From NCBI GenBank assembly GCA_001662655.1, contig KV460228.1: a stretch of 64,000 bases of DNA. The stretch is one strand, 5' to 3'. The first letter of the stretch is position 1. Every line of letters starts with the position of its first letter. The stretch comes from Pseudogymnoascus verrucosus (taxonomy: Eukaryota). This document shows positions 1 through 12,711 of this stretch, piece after piece. The notes under the pieces are model-generated. The model worked only from the letters and a program-made list of their open reading frames with translations, made no database searches and was not told where the DNA came from. Position numbers and translations under genes: made by a program.

Positions 1-196
1 CGCCCGTGGTCACATCACCGCGCGGCCGCGGCGTCGCGCTCCATGAAACCGGAACATGTGTCATAGCTCTGGTGGTGGTGGGGCAGTTTTGGGCAGTTCG
101 GACGATTGGCGAGGGGCGGCGGCGGCTGTGGTAGGGCGAGGCGAGGGAAATTTCCTTATCGATTGTGGATGATGCATGAGGGAGGGGCGTGCGGGC

Positions 197-208
197 GTGA
201 CTTACCTG
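197..208 (-). other. Consensus 5' splice donor (CAG|GTAAGT) of a probable leftward transcript that leaves the window
   Basis: Plus-strand ACTTACCTG reads CAG/GTAAGT on the minus strand and sits divergent from the 1826 gene. No coding exon can be assigned inside the window. Confidence 0.35.
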
Positions 209-1825
209 GGCGCCGCGGAGTGGTTTCTGTCCTCTCCTGATTCAGAGGGGAACGGAGGGGAGAAACATGGGATTCTTGTGAATTCGAGGGGAAGGCGCCG
301 AGAGGAGCGGTCATCTGGGGAAGGGTGAGGGTGAGAGTGATCTTCGGTGAGCTACTAGAGTAGGGAGGTGGAAGGGTATGGTTGGGGATAGAAGCTAGGT
401 GTTGATCTACGCCTTCATGATATTACCCGGACCATAGTAAATGATGATGGACTGATCATGGAAGGAGTAATTGAGGGGACGACAGTGTACGGATCACCAC
501 GTAGGCGTCCTTGTGGTGGTGAGTGCTTCTGTATGGACGCGGAGGAATCGAGCGTCTCCTCCACGAAGAGGTGTGTGACGTGACGCCGAATGCACGAGAG
601 AGGGGAAATTGGCGTTGAAACGGGTCGGTGGACAGAGAAACGGCAAGGGGGTACATGGTCCGGCGTATCGTGATACGTATGGAGGGTATGTATAGTAACA
701 TTCTACTGCACTCCTCTGCACCGTAGGGTAAGGAGTGGCATGATAACCCTGTGGCTTGTCGTGTGCACGAACAGCTGAGACACAATGGAGAAATGGAGAT
801 ATTTTGAATAATTACTGTGCAGGATGCAATGTCGGCGTCCGAGTGTTTCAAGAGAGTTCAAATATCCTTTTTTGCTATGATATGGCTATAGTAGAAGCCG
901 TAAATCAGTTCCGTACAGTACAGATTGTACTAGACTGTCAAAAATCAACTTGCAGGCGTTGGGAAAAGGCCAGCAACTAGGCAAGTTAGAGTTTTGGCGG
1001 TGAAGAGGCGATAAGACCCAATCAGGCGGCTCCAGGCGGGGGTGAAAACGAAAAGTCAACGACAAATGTACCAAATGTACCCAATTAACCTCTGCCGCCC
1101 CCCCAACTCTACCAAATATACCAGAATGTACCCATGTACCACCATAAGCGAAGAATTATTCATACTGGTCCAGCTCCACCCTGACGAACTTCTTCCCTTC
1201 TCTCCCTTCCCTTCCCCTCCTTCTTCCATAACCACCAATTCCCATTCCTAAACCCAAGACAACGAAGTCGAACTAAATAATCTTAAAGATTACACCCTCA
1301 ACTTATACTCTTCGTCAAGAATCATGCCGCAGGCTATCGCTGAGCTGTGAACGCCCACTGCGGGCATGCTCGATCGGAGCGTGTCCGCAGTCCTTCAGCC
1401 ACCGAGACATTCAATCACTATTCGATATTTGACGAAGATAACAGACTTTTACCTGTCTACAAGCCTCAGAGCGGCTTACGTCTGAACAAGAGTCTATTTT
1501 ACTACAATTACCAAACTCGAGCCCTGCTCGCCCCGAGTCCGCATAGTTCACCGTTTCCCCCCCCTCCGACTTCGACTCTCACACCCCGCACCACCTCGAC
1601 TCCTCAACCACACCTACAGTCGAGTCTCTTCTCACTCCCTAATACCACACTATACACCTCATATCCGCATTCTACAATCACCTACTGCAAGATTTCTTGC
1701 CTTTACCAGCTACAATATTAGACCATTCAACTGTCCAAACAGATTCACCGCTACTTTTGCAACCTGTATATTGCATACAGCAAACCCTAATCAAACCTTA
1801 TATATTCGCACAAAAATTAGACATA

Positions 1826-3537
1826 ATGTCTCGAAACGTTCGCCAAAGGCCGAACACTTCCCATACGGGCCAGAAGACGCCCAAGCGTTCCCGGAATAAC
1901 CTCACATCGGACGAAGACGACGACTACTCTGGCGTCGATCTCATCAGCGACACAGAAGAAGATGAGCCAGATGTGGAGGTGGCTGAGGAACAAGCAATCA
2001 TCGAATCCGAGGAGGAGGATGATATTGTTAACCCTCAGCCAGCTGACGACGAGGACGAGTTCTGGGGCCCATATGATTCCTTGAAGGGTGGGCCGGATCT
2101 CTTTCCGGAGGAGGTAACGGACCAAGCTTCTCCTGCAGATATCTTGAGTGGAGCGGCGGAGTGGATGGGGTCAGGTGATGAGAGTGAGCCCGAGGTCACC
2201 CGTCGTGTCCGTTTCGATCTGTCAGACAGTGAAACTGTGGAGTCTGATATTGATGACAATATCTTCCCCGACATCTTCCTGGATCAGGGTAGTCTTGACC
2301 CAGGTTTCCGCCGCACCATCGAAAATGACAAGAACAAGGACAATGACGACTCGGGAAGTGATGATGGGTCCTACTGGGACTTCAGAGGGGAAGACGACGA
2401 GATGGGTGAAGAGGAAGTCGATGACGACGATAATAAGAGCGAAAGCTCTTGTGGCTCTAGTGGATATGAAAGTATGTGGTGCCGTCGAAACACAATTCAT
2501 GAGATAATGCTAACACGACTCCTGCAGCCGATGAAGGTGAAACTACTGAAGAGGATTTGCCGCCACAGGCTCAATTCTTACCTGCTCGCACCGTCCTGAG
2601 GGGTTTGTCCTCTGATGCGTCAGATTCAGATGATTCAGATGATGACATCCAAGTCATTCAACGCAAGCAGTATCGCCCTCAGCGGACTGGCCCAAAGCTT
2701 GGATCATGGATCACTGATGCTAACAAGCCTTTTGCTGTCTTGGACAGCCGCGGAAAGAGATTGATGATGTTCAGAGCACGGATCAACCGCAGACACAGCA
2801 CCGATTCAGTCACTGGCCCTGGCCGCATGATGACCATAGACGAGGATGACCGTGACGCCTCTGGCATGGAGCAGATGTCACCCATGATCAGCAATTCAGC
2901 CAACCTGATGATGAGCGCCTTGTACACTCCTATGGACAACCTGGGTGGCCAAGCTCTTGGACCTCCGGAGGCTTTTTACCCATTCGTCAGTATTTCCGCC
3001 AATGGAAACATGACCCAAGACTGCCCGTCATCGTCATTCGATGAAGATGATGTGGATGACGAGGATATATGGAATATCGGCGACCTGATCGACTTTGGCG
3101 ACTCCAGCTCCGACGACGACGCCAATGAACATGACGATGAGGATGACAGCTGCGATTCAAACACGGTCGGCATGCCTTCCTCCACGCCCGTGCGCCCAAG
3201 CACCGCCAACAGCGAGGACCAAGCCCATCCCCTTATCACCCATCTTACAGGCCGCGTTGGAGCCTTCCGATCAAACCAGAACCGCCACTCCCTCCTGAGC
3301 CGCAACTCCGCGTCCCGTGAGAGTCTAGCCTTCTCGGGCCGCTATGGCCAGGGCGCTATCCGCGGCATCAAAGGTGGCAGGCTTGCAGCCGCGAACACAC
3401 CGATTACGCCGCTGCGCAAGTCCAAGATCTCCAAGGCGGAGCTGATTGTCAGCCCGTCACCCGCTGAGGGCGCAGACAAGAAGCGGAAGTTTTCTGGCGA
3501 GTCTCATGGACACAAACGCGTTCGCAGCTTGTTCTAA
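1826..3537 (+). CDS. Acidic nuclear protein, probably an Ifh1/Crf1-like ribosomal-protein-gene co-regulator; exons 1826-2471, 2528-3537
   Basis: Intron 2472-2527 (GTATGT..GCTAAC..CAG) joins the 1697 and 2557 ORFs and gives SSGYETDEGETTEEDLP, which resembles the phospho-Thr forkhead-binding motif of Ifh1/Crf1. Long D/E tracts and a basic C-terminal KKRK. Gene model is strong; the family call is from memory. Confidence 0.6.
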
Positions 3538-5898
3538 TCTTGTCATCCACTGTCGAATTTGACCCGAGATCTCCAAACTTGTGCTTCTTCACCCTCAATG
3601 GCTGTGTTTGAGTATCATCTCTTGCGTCAATCGACCAAACTACCTGTTCGACGCGCACGACGGATTATCTGTCACAGATTATCTGCGTGCACCTTTCAGC
3701 CCTATAATAAATACGCCTGACGGACGGCGTGGCTCTCTCGTGGGCTACCCCTGGCCTCAGCAACTGTTTTGCATTTATCTCATAAGTTGTGCCTCCTTCA
3801 CTTCGCATACATGACCGACACGCACCGAGCGCACATCGATCGACCCAGCGCAGACAAAAGCAACGTTTCTCAAAATAGACATCGCCTTCTGCCTCCGCGA
3901 GCGCGCATCTAAAAGCGACAATTAACGAGATCAAGCATGCAACTGTATCTTACCCGATATCTTGTTTCCTTCTTTTTGCCTTTCGTTCTTTACACTACCA
4001 ACGCAGCGGATCTGAGCCTTCCAACTTGTTTGCTTTGCCGTCCATCGGGATCTACTTTGGCGAATTTTCTTCTCATCTCCTGTTTACGTTCCAGCGCCTT
4101 TCTTGAGTTGGATCGGAGAGGGGATAAAAATGTTTGTTTGTTTTTGACGAATTCAAAAGATGATGGAGACGAAAACGACTTAAATCTGCGGTGTGTTTTT
4201 CTTTATTCTTTCTGTGTCCATAGTACGCAAATTACGTGGAAAAACTCCTTGTTTTTTTGAGAGATCTGATGCTTTTTTATGACGATTCTCTTACTTTAGA
4301 GTCTCAACAAGGAGAAATGGGGGGACTTCGGAGTGGACATGGGGGGAAGGCGATGGGGGGGATGGTGTTCATTGATTCGTATATAAAGGAAGGCGAGGAG
4401 GAGTCCGCTTTTTGTCTTTTGTTTTCCCGTTTTCCAGCTATTCAACGAATGAAATAAAAACCGTTTATAAACACACCTAAACGCGTAATTGTGTAACACT
4501 CCGTTTCATGTCTGCAATAACGATCTTTCCCAATCTTCCAATCTGATCACCACTGCTGACGTGATCCGTCCTACCATCCCCTGCCATAATAACTACCCTC
4601 CTATTCGAGCGCCTCAACCACCACTACACCACTGCCGTCCCCAAGCTCCCAAGCTCCCAAACGCCGACCACCGACCACCGCCGCAGCACAAACCCCTTCA
4701 CCTCATCACAACCACCCAGCACCGCCCCACGGAATCGCACCCACCCGCTGGCTCACCACCAACCCGCTCACCTCACACCCCCCCACCCCCCACCCGCAGC
4801 AAATACAAATACTCTAACGAACCCGACGATCGCGGAAATCTCCGTGTCTCTCGAATTGTTTCGAGTCCTGGCGTTTGACGTCTGACAGTCCGTCCCCCCC
4901 CTCGGCTGCGCGCCCACGGGCTTACAAAGGCATCACAAACCCCCCTAAGCCACTTGCTGACGTATTTTACCCCTTGTTGGCCTCGCTGTTGGGGTGGACG
5001 CGCCGTTAAGAGGGTGTTTTGATTGGGGGAGGGGGGGAGATGACTGCCGAGATCTAGGTTGGGACGTGGGCTCTAGGGTGATGTTTATTTGCGATGGTGG
5101 GTTTACTTTATTTGGGCTGGGCTGGAGGGGATGGGGGCGCAGTGTGTACGGTATACGGGCGATAAGAGAGGGAGAGCTGGGTTTGTAATGGGGGCTCTTT
5201 GAGGGGGTCCAGGGGTGCAGGCAGAGGCTGGGTGGGAGAGGTTGGGTTGGGGATGCATAACATAAGTTGTTATCACGCAAGGGGGTTGGTTGTCTCGGGG
5301 AAGATTCAGCTGTTGTGGTGAGCTTTATATCTAGCCTCTGCTCTGCATATTTTTTAAAAGTTTCGTTTCTGGTTCTATTATACATAATTGGCTGTTACTG
5401 AAGCGATTTTTACGAATTCCTACCGAAGCATCGATTTGCAGTTGACGGGTACTTGAGAACGCGCCTGAAGTCGAGACGACCGTGTACTGGTGTGCTGGAA
5501 CTTGGGACGCGTCCGAAACATCACTTTCATCAGCCAGCGCCACGTACACACATGCTTTGGGTATAATAATTTGCCTCGACAACAAAAACGCAGAGACATA
5601 AATTCAGACAGGATATTACTGCTTTGTGCTACCTTGACCGGGCCTGCTGCATACGGAAAATAGCATCTGGTCATTTCTTCAATACCTGCTGTGAGAAAGA
5701 AATTCTGCACGGGCTGTGCAGTGATAGTGTAACACGGCACGGCAGATTCCAGATCGAAATTAACATCGGTGTGAAAGAGTTACCCGATTTATGGTGATAC
5801 TGTGGAATTGCTTGATTAGTATATAGTTTCATCATCCCGTCGAGCTTTACGGGATCTGCAGGAATCTCTTGAGAGATTGACTGTGAGACTCGTGGAAG

Positions 5899-7253
5899 AT
5901 GAAGATCCAACAGCTTCTTGTCGCTGCTGCGACATTGGGTAGGTGCCTTTTCTCAATAACCTCACATCTCTCATAGTTTCCTATTCATCACAGTCATCAA
6001 TGAGAGCACACAAAGCTAATACCCACCAGCATCTCCCATCCTCGCAAAACTAGCCACCTTCTCCCCCACAACCGGCATCACCTACTCCGTCGGCATCCCC
6101 CAATCAACCGTCGCCTCCAGCACCCAGCACGGCGACATCTTCATCTCCGTCTCCTTCCCCGCCAAATACCAATATGTCGGTTTCGGCATCGGCACCCACA
6201 TGGCCGGCGCCACCATCTTCGCCGTCTACACCGACGGCAGCGGCAACGTGACCGTCTCCCCCCGCGACGGAACCGGGCACTTTGAACCCCAGCACAGCAC
6301 CAGCAAGACCGTCACCCTCCTCGCCGGCTCAAAAGCAGACGCCACCACCGTGGTCGCGAACTTCAAGTACCGCGCCGATGAAGTGCTGCTGCAGGTTCAA
6401 AGCGCCTCGTCGCCGTTCATCGGCTCCTGGAAGGAGGGCCCGGCGTTCAACACTGCGGATCTCGCGCAGACGCTCGACCAACACGATGATCACAGTATCT
6501 ACACGCTGGACCTAGCGAGCGCGAATGTGGGGGTGTCGCAGAATCCGTTTCTGGGCGGGGCCACGGACGCGGTGCAGCCGGTCACGCAGCCGTCGTCGCA
6601 GGGGGGTGGGTTTGATATTGCCCTGGGGAAGAGGCTGTTGAAGGCGCATGGGACGCTGATGGGGGTGGCGTGGTTGATTGTGTATCCGGTTGGAGCGATC
6701 TTGATGAGGTTGCGTTGGGGGGGCGTGTGGGCGCATGTGTTCATACAGGTGGTGGGGACGTCGATGGTGATTGCGGCGTTTGCGATTGGGTATACGTTCT
6801 CGGGGACGTATGGGATAGTGAGTTTATTTCCCCATGCTGCTGTTGGATCTTGGTTGTTTGAAGCAGCACATACTAACCTAACTACCCTCGCAGCGCTTCA
6901 ACAACACGCACACTCTCTTTGGCGCCGCGATCTTCGGACTCATACTAGTGCAGCCCTTTCTGGGGATTGCACACCACCTTCTCTACAGACGTGAGGGGAA
7001 GGGCACGCTCTTTGGTCTGCTGCACTGCTGGTATGGCCGCGCGATCATCATCCTGGCTGTCGTCAATGGAGGCTTGGGGCTGCAGATGGCTAATAACTCG
7101 AGGGGCGGCGAGATCGCGTGGGGGGTTATTGCTGGCGTCATGCTGTTGGCGTATCTTGGGGTGTCGGCGTATTCGCTGAAGGGGAATAAGACGCAGAAGA
7201 AGGTTAAGGATAAGGATGACGAGTCGACGGGGGAGGAGTTGAGGGCTGTTTAG
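5899..7253 (+). CDS. DOMON (CDH-cytochrome-like) + cytochrome b561 membrane protein; exons 5899-5938, 6030-6817, 6894-7253
   Basis: Signal-peptide-like MKIQQLLVAAATLASPILA, DOMON motifs (GIGTHMAGATIFAVY, VTVSPRDGTGHFEP), then TM helices with b561 histidines (AHGTLMGVAW, WAHVFIQ, THTLFG, LHCWYGR). Both introns are canonical and keep the frame. Confidence 0.88.
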
Positions 7254-8586
7254 GGGCGAGAAGGTATATGAATGACAGAGTGGGTTGGGTTTGTTCGGGC
7301 CGGATCGCTATTTACATCCTGTTTTGAACGACTTAACTTTGCTTGGAGAGCTTGAAGAGCTTGGAGCGGAGCCTAGAGAAGTTTGACGCCTGGGGAAAGT
7401 ACGTTACGTTTTACTGTATTTGGGGGTGGATCAGTATGACGGGGATGATCGGGCTTGGAGATCCTTTGAAAATGGGAAAGATATTGAACATCGGACATGG
7501 ATATGATTTGCATGAATAAGATGGGTCAACTCAGGTTAGGGGGTTACCTAAGTCGTTTAATGAAGTACAGTACCTCCCCCCGTATAGTTCGGCTGTCAAG
7601 ACCAGATAGAGTAATAATTGGGAGATATATATCTACATACTTAGGATTGTTATTAGAAGCCAAGGGGGCCAAGAGCTGAGGGTCTCATAGTGTTCTTATT
7701 CAGGTCGTTTGTTTGGTGTATTTGATGTAATGTTGGAATTTTGTTGGTGGATGTTGGCTGATATTGGCTGATATTGGCTGAGGGAGCGGCCTTTGAGTGG
7801 CCTTTAAGTGGTCTTGGGTGGCATGTGGTAGGCTCAATGGCTATGGTAATCCGCCCTGGTTCTAAGTACTCTTTTACCACTTTTACTACTTTCATAGTAC
7901 TATAACTTCCTATAAGTTACTTATACAGAAACTATAGTAATGACGCGCCGGCTTGGAAGTGGAGTACAAGTGGGTTACCTCCACTCCTTCCCATTTATTC
8001 CCAATTACAGTACGAGTAGAGCTGATTAGTACGTAAATAGTAAGTACCTTGCAGTTCGAGATCTCTCCTAGAGTAAATGCAGTGAAGTCCTCTAGTAAAG
8101 TGTGATGGTACGTACCGGTCTTACAAGTCTGCCTTCCCCAGCCGAAATTCAAAGGTAGAAATAATTATTCCCCCGCGTTTATTTTCTATTGCCTTGCCTT
8201 TCTTCCCCCATCTCCCCCAGCCTCACGCCTCACCTCACCACCCCAATACTACTTGGTGTGAATAATAGTACGTGTCGAACTATTTCGACTTCACTTCGAC
8301 TTCACTTTAACACGACTCTGACTACAGCGAACTCCAACAGCAAATGCAATTCGAACACTCGCCCACCCAACGTTCCCGCACCCGTCTGCACTGCCAGATG
8401 CAACCTCCAACCGGCCACGAGCAACTTCCACGCACTGATCGATCGCACCTTAGAGTAGATGCTGAGCGCAGACGTGGCGCACCTTGAATAATTCACGTCT
8501 ATTCGAGAACACAACTGAATCACCCTGAACACACTGCGACAACTACAAGCAAGTCGAGAGACACAACCTACAACAACGATCCAACC

Positions 8587-10353
8587 ATGCGGTCGACCGA
8601 GACCAAGGCTATGACAGCCACCAAGACCGTCCGCGGATTCCACACTCCCGCTGCCTCTGGCGATGAAGACTCAGACTACAACTCCGGCTTCAATACCCCT
8701 CGCCCACACACGCTGACCCCCAAGCCCGCGCCCACCGAGTCGGGCCTCAAAGACATGGTCCGCAACAACAGCTGTGCCATGGTCCGGCAAGAGTCCAACC
8801 AATCCACCGCCTCCTCAGCATCGCCAACCAAGATGAGCGGCATCGGGCACCTGCTGCGACAGGAGCTGCAGAACCTCAATCTGGACGGGGCAAAGTCACG
8901 CAGCCAGTCGTTTGTGAATGGTGTCAAGGACCGTTTCAAGAAGGGGTCGCCAGGGAGCAGCACGGGTTATACTACACCAGACAAGAGTGATAGTGATTCG
9001 GGTGAGCGCACGTACGAGGTTACGATTGGTGCGACGGGGGGTTATGATTACATTGCCAACGGCAGGTTCCCGACCTGGGACGAGAGAGATAACTACGGTG
9101 CGGATTTTGGCGTGCCACTTGAGCCGGGTGAATATGATCCAGAACTTCTAAATACGAACCGCAAGATGTCGGCTGCCGACTTTGAGCCCCTTCGTTGTCT
9201 GGGCAAGGGCACATTCGGGACGGTGCATTTGGTCAGGCAGATTTCAACTGGGCGTTTGTTTGCGCAGAAGCAGTTCAAGAAGGCAACACTCATTGTGCAT
9301 ACGTCACAGGTCGAGCAGACGAAGACGGAACGCACAATCCTGGAGAACATCAACAGACACCCATTCATTGTGAAGCTCTACTATGCCTTCCAAGACCAGG
9401 CCAAGCTGTATCTCATTCTGGAGTATGCGCAGGGCGGCGAGCTGTTCACCCACATGCAGCTTGAGTGCTTCTTTGTCCAGGACCGTGCTGCATTCTACAT
9501 GGCGGAGTTGGTCCTTGCACTGGAGCATCTCCACAAGAACCTTGGTGTCGTTTACCGTGATCTCAAGCCTGAGAACTGTCTGCTGGATTCTGAAGGCCAC
9601 CTCCTCCTTACCGATTTCGGCCTCTCCAAAGTCGCCCTCGATGGCGAGAGCTGTGCAACTGTCGCTGGCACTGTTGAGTACATGGCCCCTGAGGTCGTGC
9701 AGGGCAAGAAGTATGGATTCGCTGTCGACTGGTGGTCGCTTGGCGCACTGGGGTTTGACCTGATGACTGGCAACCCTCCCTTCCGCGGCAACAACAAGAA
9801 CATCATCATGCAAAACATCGTGCACGGCAAGCTCAAGCTACCTTACCACCTCAGCTCCGAGACAAAGGACCTTCTCACACGCCTACTACGCAAGGAACCC
9901 AAGAAGCGCCTTGGCTACGGCCCACGTGACATCCAGACCATCAAGTCCCACCGCTTCTTCAAGAACATCGACTGGGCGGCCCTGGGACGCCGCGAGGTCA
10001 GCCCTCCCATCGTGCCATTCATCAATGACCCTGAGCTGGCTGAGAACTTCTCCAGCGAGTTCACGACGCTGCCGCTGAGCCCAGTGGTGGAGCGCGGGAA
10101 TTGGGGGTCAAGGGAGGATTTAAACCCATCAAATGTGTTCAACGGGTTTAGCTATGTGGCGAGCCAGAGCCTTCTCGATGGGTTCAGTGGGCATTGTCGT
10201 GGGGGGTTGAAGCTGGCTGCGGATGATGATGAGGATGATGAGGATGCGGATGAGGAGAGTTTGGTGGAGAAGGATGATGATGATGATGGGTGGGGAGATG
10301 TGACGGGGAGAGGGCAGAGAGCTGATAGCGTGGCATCGATGATTAGTTTATAG
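8587..10353 (+). CDS. psk1: AGC-family Ser/Thr kinase, Psk1/Ypk3 (S6K-like) type
   Basis: GKGTFG, YRDLKPEN, DFG and GTVEYMAPE motifs; AGC tail with hydrophobic motif FNGFSY; single 588-aa ORF. Confidence 0.85.
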   Translation: MRSTETKAMTATKTVRGFHTPAASGDEDSDYNSGFNTPRPHTLTPKPAPTESGLKDMVRNNSCAMVRQESNQSTASSASPTKMSGIGHLLRQELQNLNLDGAKSRSQSFVNGVKDRFKKGSPGSSTGYTTPDKSDSDSGERTYEVTIGATGGYDYIANGRFPTWDERDNYGADFGVPLEPGEYDPELLNTNRKMSAADFEPLRCLGKGTFGTVHLVRQISTGRLFAQKQFKKATLIVHTSQVEQTKTERTILENINRHPFIVKLYYAFQDQAKLYLILEYAQGGELFTHMQLECFFVQDRAAFYMAELVLALEHLHKNLGVVYRDLKPENCLLDSEGHLLLTDFGLSKVALDGESCATVAGTVEYMAPEVVQGKKYGFAVDWWSLGALGFDLMTGNPPFRGNNKNIIMQNIVHGKLKLPYHLSSETKDLLTRLLRKEPKKRLGYGPRDIQTIKSHRFFKNIDWAALGRREVSPPIVPFINDPELAENFSSEFTTLPLSPVVERGNWGSREDLNPSNVFNGFSYVASQSLLDGFSGHCRGGLKLAADDDEDDEDADEESLVEKDDDDDGWGDVTGRGQRADSVASMISL

Positions 10354-11171
10354 GGCAGTGATGCGTCTTCAGCCCGCTCACGACAAGAGTGAGGCGAGGC
10401 ATTCAATGATTTACTGATGGCGGCTCAGCGATGCACCGACATGGACGGCCTTCCAAAGAGCGAGCGAGCGAGCGATACATGGCGTTAATGGGAGTCCTGC
10501 GACAGAAGAGAGAGATAAGATCTACACCTGCTCAAGCTTATTACAAAATGGAGGATCCGTTTGTTTCTCTTCTTTTTTTTTCATCATGGGAGGACGATTG
10601 CATCTGCATCTGCATCATACAAACAGGCCGGCAGCATGATAGATGGAGGCGATCGATCGTTAGGTAGACGGAGGAGGCTTTCATGCACTTACTTGCCATA
10701 ATAATAGATGGGAGGATTTTGCTTTTCCTGGCTAAAATGTTGTCTATAAATGCGCTGTCTTTGAAATGAGGGATCCATAGAGGTCCGAATAAGCAATCGC
10801 AAGAAATTCAAGCCTATTCTAAGGAAATCCAAGCCAAAGCCGTCCAAGACATCATCCAAGAATTCCAAGCAATCTGTAAAAAAACCCCAAGCACTCCAAG
10901 CATCTTCAAAAATTTCCAAGCCCTTCCAAGCAATCTCACGTGCATCCCCACGCCGAAGCTTCCTTCTCCAACTAATCTCCCGGCTCCTTCCCCAAATCCA
11001 CACGTGATTCTCCACACCCCACAACCCCAAACACCACACCTCACAACCCAAACCGCACCTCACACACCCAAAACCCCCAAACACGTGACAGAAACCCCAA
11101 CCATCTAGCATGTGAAGACCACACAGCACCGTGTTCATCGACCTCTCGCCCCACCACCCTCACCGTGTTAG

Positions 11172-11259
11172 CCAATCACACCCATACCTCGGCCCAAAAG
11201 CGAGCGGACTGCCCGACCTACGTTGTGCTCATGACGGTCCGAAGAAGGTGCATTATAAA
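11172..11259 (+). promoter_or_regulatory. Thiolase proximal promoter: CCAAT (11172), CCTCGG FarA/FarB-type element (11187-11192), TATA-like TATAAA (11254-11259)
   Basis: Motifs read directly. CCTCGG is the known fatty-acid-induction element of Aspergillus beta-oxidation genes. Confidence 0.5.
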
Positions 11260-11371
11260 CCCATCGTGCGCCCTTGGAAATAAAAAATCTCCCTTTCCTC
11301 TGTCTTTACATACCCATCTACATCTCTCCCATCTACCATATACCCATAATCCAGACATATCAACCATCACC

Positions 11372-12711
11372 ATGTCTTCCGGTTCGTCCCCCCCCCCAAA
11401 ACCCCTCCCTCCTCCCAAAAACCCCTCCAGAACCCCCAAACTGACATCATCGCCCCCCCCCCAACAGCACAATCCCGCGTCGGCCAAGTAGCCTCCCACC
11501 TCAAGCCCACCGGCCGCGCCGCCCTCCTCTCCAAGAACGCAGACGACATCGTCATCACCGCCGCCCTGCGCACCCCCTTCACCAAGGGCGGCAAAGGCGG
11601 CTTCAAAGACACACCCGCTGCTGATCTCCTCGTCGGCGCCCTCCGCGCCGTCGTGGATCGCTCGGGAATCGACCCTAAGCTCGTCCAGGATATCGCTGTT
11701 GGCTCTGTCCTGCCTCCGGGAGGAGGAGCTACCGAGTTCCGCGCTGCTGCTCTCGCGGCGGGTTTTCCCGATTCTACGGCTGTGAGGTCGCTGAATAGAC
11801 AGTGCTCGTCTGGTCTCCAGGCTTGTGTCGATATCGCGAATGCCATTTCGGCGGGTATGATCGATATCGGCGTCGGCGCAGGCGTAGAGAGCATGTCCCT
11901 CCAATACGGCCCCGGCGCCGTGACCGAGTTCTCCGAGCTTCTCGACTCTCACCCCGAAGCCAAGAACTGCAAAGTCGGCATGGGCAACCTCTCCGAAGCT
12001 ATGGCCAAGGACCGCGGTGTCAGTCGCGCGAAGCAAGACGCCTTCGCTGCTGCATCGTACGCCAAGGCCGCGCATGCACAGGATAATGGCTGGTTCGACG
12101 CTGAGATCGTGCCGCTGAAGGTTAAGTTCGAGGATGTCAAGACGGATGAGTGGAAGGAGATTACGGTTAGCAAAGACGATGGTATCCGTCGCGGCGTCAC
12201 CGCCGAGTCCCTCTCCAAGATCAAGCCTGCCTTCGCCAAAGACGGGTCTATCCACGGCGGCAACGCGTCTCAGATCTCCGACGGCGCCGCGGCGGTGCTG
12301 TTGATGAAGCGTTCCACTGCTGAGAAGCTCGGCCAGACTATCCTCGGGAAATACGTTACTGCGTCGGTTGTGGGCGTCGCGCCGCTGCTGATGGGTGTTG
12401 GGCCGTGGGCTTCCATCCCGTTGGCGCTGGAGAAGGCGGGGATTAGCAAGGAGGAGGTGGATGTGTATGAGATTAATGAGGCGTTTGCGAGTCAGTGTGT
12501 TTGGTGTATTGAGGCGCTGGGGTTGGATGAGAAGAAGATTAACCCTGGTGGAGGCGCTATTGCGTTCGGTCACCCCTTAGGTTGCACTGGTGCGAGGCAA
12601 GTCGGTACCCTGCTGGGTGGACTGAAGAGGGGAGGTGGAAAGATTGGTGTTACGAGTATGTGTGTGGGGACTGGGATGGGGATGGCTGCTGTTTGGGTTT
12701 CGGAGCAGTAG
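11372..12711 (+). CDS. POT1: Peroxisomal 3-ketoacyl-CoA thiolase; exons 11372-11381, 11468-12711
   Basis: Thiolase motifs NRQCSSGL, NEAFA, GHPLG and CVGTGMG. The spliced N-terminus MSSAQSRVGQVASHL contains PTS2 (R-V-x5-H-L). Intron 11382-11467 is GTTCGT..CTGAC..CAG. Confidence 0.93.

Noticed and set aside
198..300. ACTTACCTGG resembling the U1 snRNA 5' end
   Set aside because: No U1A loop (AUUGCAC), U1-70K loop or Sm site follows; better explained as a minus-strand splice donor.
1347..1721. 124-aa GTG-start ORF upstream of the Ifh1-like gene
   Set aside because: Different frame from the CDS, no ATG and no convincing intron linking it; treated as leader sequence.
4520..5350. Telomerase RNA hypothesis for this unit and for the 57-kb element
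   Set aside because: No TAACCCTAA-type template on either strand, and both are shorter than known filamentous-fungal telomerase RNAs.
11218..12573. 451-aa antisense ORF over the thiolase, and similar antisense ORFs over KGD1, MPG1, UBI4, GPAT and the kinase
   Set aside because: Shadows of biased codon usage in conserved genes; no recognisable domains.
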